From Selenomonadaceae bacterium (GTDB lineage: Bacteria > Bacillota > Negativicutes > Selenomonadales > Selenomonadaceae): a stretch of DNA of 64,000 bases. Location of the stretch: NCBI GenBank assembly GCA_017475745.1, contig JAFVEZ010000047.1, positions 10,125-74,124 of the forward strand, read 5' to 3'. A program made the position numbers and the translations under genes. The notes below the pieces were generated by a model that searched no databases, was not told where the DNA came from, and was given only the letters and a program-made list of their open reading frames with translations. Positions 19,204 through 28,829 of this stretch are shown piece by piece (position 1 is the stretch's first letter; each line of letters starts with the position of its first letter).

Positions 19204-20508
19204 TCAAGCTCTCGGTTTGCCACATTCGGCACAAAACTTGCCTTTGTTGCCTTCGTGGCCACATTCAGAGCAAGTCCACTCAGCACTATCCGCTGGCTTC
19301 GGCTTGCCGCACTCTTGACAGAACTTACCGGTATTCTTTGCACCACATTCGCACTGCCACTCACCTGCCGGAGCTGGTTTAGGCTTGCCACATTCGGCAC
19401 AGAACTTACCGTTATTGCCAGAATGTCCACAGGAACAAGTCCAGCCACCTGCCGCTTGTTGGGCTTGCGGTTTATTCTGCTGTTGATTCTTGCCGATCAC
19501 ATCAAACATTGCATTGACGTTTGAGCCACCGCCCATATTGTTGAGCATGCCCATACCCATAAATCCTGTCATTGCGCCTGCTGTGTTGCCTGCGGCGGTC
19601 TTCATAGCTTCAGCACTGGAAGCAACATAGTTGGCAGCCATCATATCAGGTGAACTCAAAGCCCTCGTGCGCTGGAGGTCTTTAATCATCTGTTGATCTT
19701 CGTCAGGAATGGTGACACTGCTGATACCAAACTCAACAACCTCAATGCCGCGTCTCTCGCTCCACTTTGCATCAAGGACTTTATTCAATACTTCAGCGAT
19801 CTCCATAGTATGAGCTGGCAAGGAGTTCGGACGGATCTCCAATTCAGAGATTTTAGCAAAAGCGGGTTGCAATGCCGTCAAGAGTTCAGTTTTGAGCTGA
19901 CTGTCAATCTGATCGCGAGTATAGCTTTCAGTGACATTACCGCAGACATTACCATAGAACTTAATCGGATCGACAATCCTATAGCTGTACTCGCCGAAGC
20001 AGCGAACAGAAATATCAGCATCTAAGCCTATATTTCTATCAACAGCACGGAACGGAATTGGCGAAGCTGTGCCATATTTATTGCCGACTATCTCCTTGAT
20101 ATTGAAGTAATAGATTCGCTGATCCTTACCAGGAGCGCCGCCGAACGCAAAACGCCTGCCAATCTCCTCAGTCAAAATAGCCAGTTTCTCCATAATAGTT
20201 GAGCCGTTGACCAAGACTGAAGCCGCAGAGTTAGCATCATAAGTGTAGTTACCAGGTTCAGCACAGACTTCCATAACCTTGCCATCATCAACGATAATCA
20301 TACATTGTCCGTCATTGACAACGAGTTTGGAACCGTTAGTGATGATATTCTCGCCGGAAGTGTTACCGCTACGATTTTGAGTACCACCATGACGTTTTCC
20401 GATGGTAACGAGAGTGTCGACAGGAATACTGTCACAGTAATAATAATCTTTCCACTGATCGGCAAGAGAGCCGCCCAATGCGCCCAAAGCCGCTTTTATC
20501 AAACCCAT
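19204..20508 (-). CDS. SPFH/band-7 domain protein (YdjI/COG4260-like) with three C-terminal zinc ribbons
   Basis: The N-terminal 340 aa or so resemble the SPFH 'virion core protein-like' family. The C-terminus carries three copies of 'W.C.CG......GKFC.ECGKP(K/R)'. Confidence 0.7.
   Translation of the reverse strand: MGLIKAALGALGGSLADQWKDYYYCDSIPVDTLVTIGKRHGGTQNRSGNTSGENIITNGSKLVVNDGQCMIIVDDGKVMEVCAEPGNYTYDANSAASVLVNGSTIMEKLAILTEEIGRRFAFGGAPGKDQRIYYFNIKEIVGNKYGTASPIPFRAVDRNIGLDADISVRCFGEYSYRIVDPIKFYGNVCGNVTESYTRDQIDSQLKTELLTALQPAFAKISELEIRPNSLPAHTMEIAEVLNKVLDAKWSERRGIEVVEFGISSVTIPDEDQQMIKDLQRTRALSSPDMMAANYVASSAEAMKTAAGNTAGAMTGFMGMGMLNNMGGGSNVNAMFDVIGKNQQQNKPQAQQAAGGWTCSCGHSGNNGKFCAECGKPKPAPAGEWQCECGAKNTGKFCQECGKPKPADSAEWTCSECGHEGNKGKFCAECGKPRA
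19207..19449 (-). repeat. three tandem copies (about 81-84 nt each) encoding zinc-ribbon modules
   Basis: DNA blocks 'ggcttgcc(a/g)ca(t/c)tc..gaca(a/g)aactt(g/a)cc' recur three times. Confidence 0.8.
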
Positions 20509-20656
20509 ATCTATCTTCCTCTCTATGTTTTTGACATTATAGCATATATTGAAAATTTTTACAATATATGAAAAACTTACAGAATAATTGAAACTTGAAA
20601 AACAATCAAAAATGGTATAGAATAAATCAAACTTATGATGAAAGTTAGGTGAAGTT

Positions 20657-22000
20657 ATGAAAACTCTCGAAGAATTGGATTTAGAATTGATTTGGCACCC
20701 TTGTTCTCAGATGAAGGACTATGAAACTTTACCGCCGATTGTCGTCGATCACGGTAAAGGTTGCTGGCTCTATGACATTCACGGCAACAAATATCTCGAT
20801 GTAGTAAGCTCTTGGTGGTGCAATCTCTTGGGCCACTGCAACCCTAACATTAACGCTGCTATCAAGGAGCAGGTGGACAAGCTAGAGCATGTTATCTTTG
20901 CAAACTTCACTCACAAGCCTGTTATTGAACTTGCTCAGAGACTTGCTGAGATTATGCCAAGTCGCATCAAAAAGTTTCACTTCAATGATAACGGCTCTGC
21001 TGCCATTGAATGTGCTCTCAAGATGTGTTTTCAATATTATTTGCAAACTGGCAAACCTAAGAAGAAATACTTCATGTGTCTGACAAATGGCTATCACGGC
21101 GAGACAATCGGAGCCTTGAGTGTAGGTGCTCTTGACCTGTATACCGAACTCTACAGACCATTGATGTTGAAGACTTTTCCTATTGAAGCACCAGATTGCT
21201 ACAGATGTCCATTCGGTCAGAATCGCGACAACTGTCAATGTGAATGTTTTGCTAATGCTGAGAAAGTCTTTGCGGAACACGCTGAGGAGACTGCCGCAGT
21301 GATCTTCGAGCCTTTGTTGCAAGGTAGTGCAGGTATGAGGATCTATCCGCCGCTCTATATTAAGAAACTTCGTCAACTTTGTGACGACTATGATGTTTTG
21401 ATGATTGCCGATGAAATTGCCACAGGCTTCGGAAGAACCGGCAAGATGTTTGCATGTGATAATGCCGATATTTCGCCTGATGTCATGTGTATTTCAAAGG
21501 GCTTGACTGGTGGTTATATGCCTATGTCTGCCACCTGCGTGAGTGACAAGATTTATGATGCTTTCTACGATGACTATAACACCGGCAAAGCGTTCATGCA
21601 CAGTCACACCTATGCTGGAAACCCTCTTGCCTGTAGTGCTGCTCTTGCGGTGCAGAAGATATTGCGTGAGCAGAATATATTGTCGACGGCCGCTGAAAAT
21701 GCAAAATTCTTGACGGCAGAATTAAACTCAGCTCTCATAGATCACCCGAATGTTGGAGAGATTAGACATATTGGATTAGTACATGCGATAGAATTGGTTG
21801 CAGACAAAAAAAATAAGACGCCATTTGATTCAAAGAGACGTCTTGGATATGAAATCTATAAAAAAGCACTCAAACGAGGTTTATTGTTGCGCCCTCTAGG
21901 TGATGTATTGTACTTCAATCCACCACTGATAATTAATCATGATGAGATAAAGTTTGCCATTGAGACAGCAAAGACATCAATCTCCGAAGTCCTCTGCTGA
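20657..22000 (+). CDS. bioA: adenosylmethionine-8-amino-7-oxononanoate aminotransferase
   Basis: 'LIWHPCSQMKDY', 'SSWWCNLLGH' and 'ADEIATGFGRTGKMFA' are typical of BioA. No other bio genes are adjacent. Confidence 0.88.
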   Translation: MKTLEELDLELIWHPCSQMKDYETLPPIVVDHGKGCWLYDIHGNKYLDVVSSWWCNLLGHCNPNINAAIKEQVDKLEHVIFANFTHKPVIELAQRLAEIMPSRIKKFHFNDNGSAAIECALKMCFQYYLQTGKPKKKYFMCLTNGYHGETIGALSVGALDLYTELYRPLMLKTFPIEAPDCYRCPFGQNRDNCQCECFANAEKVFAEHAEETAAVIFEPLLQGSAGMRIYPPLYIKKLRQLCDDYDVLMIADEIATGFGRTGKMFACDNADISPDVMCISKGLTGGYMPMSATCVSDKIYDAFYDDYNTGKAFMHSHTYAGNPLACSAALAVQKILREQNILSTAAENAKFLTAELNSALIDHPNVGEIRHIGLVHAIELVADKKNKTPFDSKRRLGYEIYKKALKRGLLLRPLGDVLYFNPPLIINHDEIKFAIETAKTSISEVLC

Positions 22001-22026
22001 AGGCTAAATCCTCATCATTGTATGTT

Positions 22027-23349
22027 TTATAAATTCAAGGCTTCTCGTAATTCTTCTGTAATCAATATTATATTGTAGTACCCTTCTGACTGCAATTCGT
22101 AAAAGATGTTATATTGATGTTCTTCTTTGGTTGCAATCAGTATTACATCATGTTCTTTATCAATATTATTCCCTTTAAAGGCAGTAACTGAAATGTCAAA
22201 TAGTTTAGCAGGATTGTTATTCATATCAGATACTAATACTCCTTTAACGGGAATATTTCTTTGATAGAGCTTGAACAAAACATTTGTTGCTGCCTTACCT
22301 GCACCATAAATATAAATATTGCTATAGGTTTTGAGTTTAGATAAAAATCCAATTACATAAGCACGATATTTTTGATTTTTTTCGTATTGATGATAGAAAA
22401 ATTCATTCTTATTACTCAATAATAATTGAACTTCTTTCCATTTATTTTCTTGCCAGTAATTTTTATCAAAATATCCTGCAATATTATCCGTCTCTAAATC
22501 CTCAGACATACGTTTATAAAAGATAAATTTAAAATTATCGGCCATACGGTTAAAATTAAATATATAATGTTTATATTTTAACGGTTCTATTATATATTTA
22601 CATAAATTGTAAATATCTTTTCTTTCCTTCAAAAATCTTTCAATTTCATTAAACTCATCAAAAATACAATAGACTTTTTCTTTGGATTTTACAGACGAGT
22701 TAGGATTATCCTTGCGATAATGTAAAAATGCTTCTTTTATGAAAAATAATCTTTCAGTACAAGCTAATACTTTAAAGACAAATGAAACATCTTGATAAGA
22801 AGCACCAGGTGTTTCATTAAAATAAATATCATTTTTCAATAAAAAACTACGAGAATAAATTGCACTCCAAATTGAAGTTGGCGCTTGAAAGATGGAATTA
22901 TTATTTATCGGTATAAAAATTTCTTCATATGGTGTCAATTTACCAACTTCAATAAATCTTGAATAATCACTAACTTGTTCCCAGTAATTCGACTTCACAA
23001 CCTCAGCATTAAACTTTTTAGCTGTGTTATAAAGAGTATCAAACATCTTTAAATCAGCAAAATCGTCACTTTCGACAATGCCAATATATTCACCTTGCGC
23101 GGCCTTTAATCCACAATTCATTGAATGGCCATAGCCGGTATTTTTTTTGTCTATAACTTTAATTCGACTATCTTGACTCGCATACTCGTTAATAATCTTC
23201 AACGAAGAGTCTGTTGATCCGTCATTTATACAAATAATCTCTATATCTTTCAATGTTTGATTGACAACGCTGTCTAAACATTGGCGAAGATATTTTTCTA
23301 CATTATAGATTGGAATTAAAACTGAAATTTTACACATGATTGTTACCAC
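22027..23349 (-). CDS. family 2 glycosyltransferase with a C-terminal Rossmann-like module
   Basis: The GT2 N-terminus is 'ISVLIPIYNVEKYL...NDGSTDSS' with 'ESDD'. The C-terminal module is 'IYIYGAGKAATNV...VKGVLVSD...DVILIAT'. Confidence 0.85.
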   Translation of the reverse strand: MVTIMCKISVLIPIYNVEKYLRQCLDSVVNQTLKDIEIICINDGSTDSSLKIINEYASQDSRIKVIDKKNTGYGHSMNCGLKAAQGEYIGIVESDDFADLKMFDTLYNTAKKFNAEVVKSNYWEQVSDYSRFIEVGKLTPYEEIFIPINNNSIFQAPTSIWSAIYSRSFLLKNDIYFNETPGASYQDVSFVFKVLACTERLFFIKEAFLHYRKDNPNSSVKSKEKVYCIFDEFNEIERFLKERKDIYNLCKYIIEPLKYKHYIFNFNRMADNFKFIFYKRMSEDLETDNIAGYFDKNYWQENKWKEVQLLLSNKNEFFYHQYEKNQKYRAYVIGFLSKLKTYSNIYIYGAGKAATNVLFKLYQRNIPVKGVLVSDMNNNPAKLFDISVTAFKGNNIDKEHDVILIATKEEHQYNIFYELQSEGYYNIILITEELREALNL

Positions 23350-23353
23350 CTAA

Positions 23354-24541
23354 TTAATACATTTCTTTTGTGTAATATGATTCTATTGGTCTATACCAAC
23401 ATAACTTATTTTTGTCAATGTTCATATTAATTAATTCGTTCATAATTTGTTCTGCTATGTATTTAGATTTTACAGCAATTACTATTAAATCAAAATCTTC
23501 ATTTTCTAAGTTACTTATAGGATTAACTCTTTTTTCTGTGTAATTGTAATTTGAAAAACCTTTATCAACCCAATCAACAATATTACAATTAGAGATTTTT
23601 GATATTTGATTATAATAGTTATAGCCAACTTTACCTGCTCCGTAAATGATTATATTTTTCCCTTCAATTTTATCTATATGTCTAAATAAATAATTAGGAA
23701 TAAGATAATTTATCTCGGAAAGTTGTGTCAACATATATTTTGAAAGAGAATCTGACCAGTAATTCTTAACGTTATCATAAATATTGTAATCATAAAATAG
23801 ATTGCGTACTTGTTCAAACATTTTAGCAATCCATATCATACGTTGTGCTCCTAAAGTAGAAGTATAAGAACCTTCTCTTAAAGAATTATAGTGATAGTAT
23901 GCATTTTTCAAAAAGGAAACACGCCTACATTTTAATAAACACTCTGTTAATGAAATACGATCTTCTCCAAAATTAATGTCATTTGGAACATTTGCATAAC
24001 AATAATCAATAAGTTCTCTTTTAAAAAGATTAGTAAAAATAAAAGGCAATAGTAAAAATTTTTCGTGTACCTGAAAAAACATTTTCCAAATATCAGTGTC
24101 ATTTATTGGATAATCTATAATTCTTGTTTCAAACTTACAATTAATTTGAGTTCCTTCTATTTTTTCGATAATTACACCAGTATTTACAAAATCAGCATCA
24201 GTTTGTATAAGATTTGACAGCATTTCTTCATACATATTTGGCTCAATCCAATCATCACTGTCAACCGTAGCAAAATATTCACCGATAGCTAACTTTAATC
24301 CAGCTTTGCGTGCCGAAACAAGTCCACCATTATTTTTATGAATGACTTGTATTCTATTATCTTTTGCAGCGTACTCATCACAAATACTACCAGAATTGTC
24401 AGTAGAACCATCATTAACTAAAATTATCTGTAAATTTTTATAGGTCTGATTTATAATGCTGTCGAAACATTTTCTCAAATATTTTTCAGTATTATATATC
24501 GGTACAACAACACTGATGAGGGGTTCACTGCTCATAATCAT
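23354..24541 (-). CDS. family 2 glycosyltransferase with a C-terminal Rossmann-like module
   Basis: 'ISVVVPIYNTEKYL...NDGSTDNS' and 'DSDD' are present. The C-terminal module is 'IIIYGAGKVGYNY...IVDWVDKG...DLIVIAV'. Confidence 0.85.
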   Translation of the reverse strand: MIMSSEPLISVVVPIYNTEKYLRKCFDSIINQTYKNLQIILVNDGSTDNSGSICDEYAAKDNRIQVIHKNNGGLVSARKAGLKLAIGEYFATVDSDDWIEPNMYEEMLSNLIQTDADFVNTGVIIEKIEGTQINCKFETRIIDYPINDTDIWKMFFQVHEKFLLLPFIFTNLFKRELIDYCYANVPNDINFGEDRISLTECLLKCRRVSFLKNAYYHYNSLREGSYTSTLGAQRMIWIAKMFEQVRNLFYDYNIYDNVKNYWSDSLSKYMLTQLSEINYLIPNYLFRHIDKIEGKNIIIYGAGKVGYNYYNQISKISNCNIVDWVDKGFSNYNYTEKRVNPISNLENEDFDLIVIAVKSKYIAEQIMNELINMNIDKNKLCWYRPIESYYTKEMY

Positions 24542-26145
24542 TCTCCTATCAATTCAACAATAAATTTTGCAGTTCGTTCGCTTGCATGACCGTCTTCATG
24601 TACGCCATATTTATCAAGAAATTCCTTGACTTCTTGCTTATACTTAGCTTCATCAAAGTTCATTATCTGTTTTGATAATTCTTCGTTAGTAGTTGAGATT
24701 GGAAATGGCAAAGAGTTATAATCAATCAAAAATTCACGCTCATTTTTGATATAATCATCTTTATCAGGTGCGTACAAAAATACAGGTTTCAATATATAAG
24801 CAGGTTCAAACATAATGCTTGAGTAATCTGAAATTAGAATATCAGAAGCTGCTATTAATTCTTGACCGTCATCATATTTACTAACATCTATAACATAATT
24901 TGGCATTTTTATTTGTTTTGCTTTATTTTTAACACTAGGGTGAAGTCTGAGAAGAATTTTCCAAGTTTTTCCAAATTTTTGTTTCAAGGAACTCAATAAT
25001 ATTTCAAAATCTAAAACATTAGAAAAAGTACCTCTAAAATCGCCAATTTTTGCATTAATCATACGAAAAGTTGGAGCATACAATAAAATATGATCGTCAG
25101 TATTTAAATTAAAATGATTATATATTTTTTTCTTGCACTGTTCTTGTAAAAATAAAATATCACTTCTGGGTGAGCCAAATCTTAAATATTTGCCCTTAAA
25201 ATTAAAAGCTTTGCGGCAAGTATCTTCATCTAATTCACTGCCCGATATAACATAATCCATCCATTTACCATTAATTTCAAATGTTTTTCTTCTTTCTTCT
25301 ACATTACTTAAAAAAGGCATATCAAGATGCAATCTCTTTAGAGTAATACTACCCCAATGTTTTACTTGTATATAGAGTTGTTCCTGTCTTTTAATTAAAA
25401 AAGTAGGAACTGTATCATTAACAATCCAAATTTTGGCAGTTTCAACTTCGTAGATAAATTTTCTCCAGTTCTTTTCATTTACCTTCCTAACACCTGAAGG
25501 TATGTCTAAAGATTCAACATCAACAAACCAAACTATGTCAATATCGTTATTCATCATCAAAAGTTGTTTGGTGATATATTTTCCATGATCTTTATAAGTA
25601 CTCATCTTAAAAAAGACTACTTTATTATTTTTAATGGTCTCTTTTTCTACACATTTAATGGCATAATTGCGGCAAAATGTATCTTGTGTTTCAAAAGGTA
25701 CATTTTTTAATTTCATATCTTTTCTATAGTTATATTCAAGATTCAGTATGCTAAAATAACAACAATAGTTTTCTTTTTCTAATTCTGCAGCTATTTCCTC
25801 GTAATATCTCAAACTTGAAATTAATATTACAACTTCATTTGGAGAATAATTGTTTAATATCTCTTTTGATGATATCAAAACAGTTTCAGAATCTTTTAAG
25901 TCGTTTGTATCAAAAAATTCATTTAAATAATGTCCTTGTTTTTCTGCTTCATTATCAATAGCAGCAACTATATCAAGATTACTATTACATCTCAACCACA
26001 AAAAATTTAAAATCTCAGAAATGCCAAATAAAATTATCTTTCTTTTTTGGGCTTCATAAAAAAAATCGTCCCATGTTTTGTCCTTTATCTTAATATTATC
26101 TGTAATGTGTCTACCCATTTCGATTGAACGATCTATTGTGCTCAT
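24538..26145 (-). CDS. CDP-glycerol glycerophosphotransferase (TagB/TagF family) with an N-terminal Rossmann-like module
   Basis: 'LLYAPTFR', 'ILLRLHPSV' and 'LISDYSSIMFE' are TagF-family motifs. A 4-nt ATGA overlap joins it to the downstream GT2. Confidence 0.8.
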   Translation of the reverse strand: MSTIDRSIEMGRHITDNIKIKDKTWDDFFYEAQKRKIILFGISEILNFLWLRCNSNLDIVAAIDNEAEKQGHYLNEFFDTNDLKDSETVLISSKEILNNYSPNEVVILISSLRYYEEIAAELEKENYCCYFSILNLEYNYRKDMKLKNVPFETQDTFCRNYAIKCVEKETIKNNKVVFFKMSTYKDHGKYITKQLLMMNNDIDIVWFVDVESLDIPSGVRKVNEKNWRKFIYEVETAKIWIVNDTVPTFLIKRQEQLYIQVKHWGSITLKRLHLDMPFLSNVEERRKTFEINGKWMDYVISGSELDEDTCRKAFNFKGKYLRFGSPRSDILFLQEQCKKKIYNHFNLNTDDHILLYAPTFRMINAKIGDFRGTFSNVLDFEILLSSLKQKFGKTWKILLRLHPSVKNKAKQIKMPNYVIDVSKYDDGQELIAASDILISDYSSIMFEPAYILKPVFLYAPDKDDYIKNEREFLIDYNSLPFPISTTNEELSKQIMNFDEAKYKQEVKEFLDKYGVHEDGHASERTAKFIVELIGE

Positions 26146-26166
26146 CTCAACACCATCTTAAAATTA

Positions 26167-27378
26167 TTATAATTTATCACAAACAACATTAGGTAAAATT
26201 TTTTCATAATATTTTTTTGACAAATAAGCTGATACTTCTTCATACACAAAGAAATCTTTATCTTTTTGTAGGCCATCTTCTTCTAATATTTTACTTATTT
26301 CTTTTGCATATAAACTAGTAGAAATTATAATTTTATACTCATTTTCAATCACTAATTTTATGTCAGGTTTTATTACTGGTAATGCATGTTGAATTTCATT
26401 TTCTTGAGTTTTTTTATCAAAAATGCAAACAATATTGCGTTCTAAATATTGAAACAACATGAAGGCTTCATCACAAATAGCACCTTTACCCCACAAAACA
26501 TATTTTCCATCTTTAGGAATATAATTTTCTAAAATAGAGGAAGCTAATACATTAGAATTTCTCATTATACGTCTTACAAGATATTGTGATAATTTGTAGA
26601 AAACGAAAGTTTGATAATCGTCTTTTCCATTTGCATATATTTCTTTTTCAACTTTATCTAAATTTTTAATGTATTTTATCATATATGGTCGCCATACCTC
26701 AAAATGCCGACTTCTAGACCATCCATGACATCCGAATGGTAAATTATCTTTCGATAGTTGACTATAAACATGTGATATGTTATGTTCAATAGAAAACATA
26801 TTTGCTATCTTTATATTCGGTACTGAAAAATCTATTGACACATTTTTTCCACAAAAAGCAAAAAATTTATCTTCAATTTTTTCAAAATACTTCCTTTGAT
26901 TACTCTGTTTATAAATTTGTTCACGTTCTCTTGTAATTCTTATAAAGCTTAAAACTTTCCGCAAAGATAATCCACCATTGCCGATCCTACCTATTGTAGA
27001 AAAAGCGAAATTCAGCATGGGAGCACCTATATAATCATAATCCAAAGAACAAAAATACTTTAACTTGTCATAAAATACAAAAGCATCTAACTGGTAAATC
27101 AACATATATTTATAATTCGCAAATCTTTGATAAAATTCTGGCGTTAATAACAATTTACTATATGCGTATCTACTGTTAAGATTATCATCAGGAAAAAATT
27201 CTGCTTTTAAACCTTTACTCGTCAAAAAAGAACGCATTTTTTCAGGTGCCATAAAGCATATAGGATAATCATTTAAAACTGTACGAGCTTGATTTAATGA
27301 TATTTTTTCAGTTTCAGATAATTGTTCTTTATAAGTAGGAATAACAACTACAACCTCATTTTCATTCATTAAAATCAC
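26167..27378 (-). CDS. putative glycan-modifying enzyme (DUF5672-like N-terminal domain) with a C-terminal Rossmann-like module
   Basis: 'VVVIPTYKEQLSETEKISL' and 'QLDAFVFYD...DYDYIGAP...GNGGLSLRK' are present. The family assignment is from memory only. Confidence 0.4.
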   Translation of the reverse strand: MILMNENEVVVVIPTYKEQLSETEKISLNQARTVLNDYPICFMAPEKMRSFLTSKGLKAEFFPDDNLNSRYAYSKLLLTPEFYQRFANYKYMLIYQLDAFVFYDKLKYFCSLDYDYIGAPMLNFAFSTIGRIGNGGLSLRKVLSFIRITREREQIYKQSNQRKYFEKIEDKFFAFCGKNVSIDFSVPNIKIANMFSIEHNISHVYSQLSKDNLPFGCHGWSRSRHFEVWRPYMIKYIKNLDKVEKEIYANGKDDYQTFVFYKLSQYLVRRIMRNSNVLASSILENYIPKDGKYVLWGKGAICDEAFMLFQYLERNIVCIFDKKTQENEIQHALPVIKPDIKLVIENEYKIIISTSLYAKEISKILEEDGLQKDKDFFVYEEVSAYLSKKYYEKILPNVVCDKL

Positions 27379-28829
27379 CTATAAATTTTTATACTTTCAA
27401 AATACTTTTCAACTTTCTCGAATACCATTTTTGGTGTTATAGAATACATACATTCAGGTTTTTCCAGATTTCTAGCACATTTATAATGATTGTCATGAAG
27501 GCAATAACAACCGCCACATTTTTCAGATATAATATTTATATTTTGTGGATAAGCAAATAAATAAGGCTGTGTTGATCCAAAAAGGACTATACACTTTGTG
27601 CCTAATTGAGTTGCAAGGTGCATTAAACCACCCTCAATATCTAAATGAAATATTGCGCCTTTTAAAATATATTTTATTAATTCCAAATTTTCACCTAAAA
27701 TATATCTATCTACTCCAATAATATGATCCGCCGTAGTATCTCCTAGTTGGAGTATTTCAATATTTGGATAATTTTCCTTAAATAATTTAACAAATTCATC
27801 AAAATATTCTTTAGGCCACTGCTTGCTGATCCCTTGCTTATTACCCTTACCCGTTGCACCATTGCCAAAATTTAAAGTAATATAATATTTTAAGTTCATT
27901 TTATGAAAATTTTCTTCAATGGAAGGCATTAAAGGAATATTAACTTTTTGATCTTGAATGTTAAATACATTTGTGTAATTATAAAGACTATAACAATTCC
28001 AACCACGATAAAAACTTCTGCTAAAATGTATCCATACTTGTGACATTGGAAATGTATTGAGTTTATAATTTTTATGATTTTCGATATGTTGTTGCATTTT
28101 TTCAGCAAAATCTAAATTAAATTCTTTCAATTTTTCATAATTTATATGATCTGTTACAATCATGTAAAAAATTGACATTGCAAGAGTATATTTTTTTTGA
28201 TTTGCCACATAGAGTAAACCACCATCATCAATAACTTGATTTAAAGCTGGTTGATCTGAGTATATTGATGAAATATATTTTGATCCATTAGGGCAATAAA
28301 TATCAATCTTTGCTTCTGGTGCCATTTTAGCAATTTCAATAAAAAGTCGTTTCTTTATAATAGCATCACCAAGACCAGGGCCATATTTTAAAGCTATTGA
28401 CAAAGGTGCAGTCTGAAATGCTAAGTTTTCTTGATTATTGTGTCCAATACTGCTAGTATCTGATATAACAATGTTATTTACTTCTTTGCGTGTACCTTGA
28501 AAAACTATTTTTGATTGTTGAATCCCTAAATTTAAAAGAAATGTTTCAACGTCTTGCGCTCGTTGTTCTGCTTTAAAAGCTAAAATTATATAATCAAACT
28601 GAAGCTCCAAAACTCTTTCAGGAGCATAAATTGGCACTATCATTGGAGGATATTTATCATGAGATTTGTCAAGAAATGCCATTACTTTACAGTAATTGGT
28701 CATGAGCATTTGCTGTAAATAATCTTGTCCGACATCTCCAGCACCATAAATTAATATTCTTGAACCAAATGGTATTTTTTCATAAGGAAACAGATATAAA
28801 TATTTATCCATATTAACATTCCTAATCAC
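27375..28829 (-). CDS. GT9 (heptosyltransferase)-like glycosyltransferase with an N-terminal Rossmann-like module and a Cys-rich tail
   Basis: The C-terminal half 'KQWPKEYFDEFVKLF...LQLGD...DIEGGLMHLATQLGTKCIVLFG' matches the GT9 donor-binding half. The tail is 'CGGCYC..C..C'. Confidence 0.6.
   Translation of the reverse strand: MIRNVNMDKYLYLFPYEKIPFGSRILIYGAGDVGQDYLQQMLMTNYCKVMAFLDKSHDKYPPMIVPIYAPERVLELQFDYIILAFKAEQRAQDVETFLLNLGIQQSKIVFQGTRKEVNNIVISDTSSIGHNNQENLAFQTAPLSIALKYGPGLGDAIIKKRLFIEIAKMAPEAKIDIYCPNGSKYISSIYSDQPALNQVIDDGGLLYVANQKKYTLAMSIFYMIVTDHINYEKLKEFNLDFAEKMQQHIENHKNYKLNTFPMSQVWIHFSRSFYRGWNCYSLYNYTNVFNIQDQKVNIPLMPSIEENFHKMNLKYYITLNFGNGATGKGNKQGISKQWPKEYFDEFVKLFKENYPNIEILQLGDTTADHIIGVDRYILGENLELIKYILKGAIFHLDIEGGLMHLATQLGTKCIVLFGSTQPYLFAYPQNINIISEKCGGCYCLHDNHYKCARNLEKPECMYSITPKMVFEKVEKYFESIKIYR

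Noticed and set aside
20509-20656. A BirA operator (bioO) upstream of bioA.
   Set aside because: No TGTTAACC-type inverted repeat is present. Only a possible TTGAAA-N17-TAGAAT promoter was seen.
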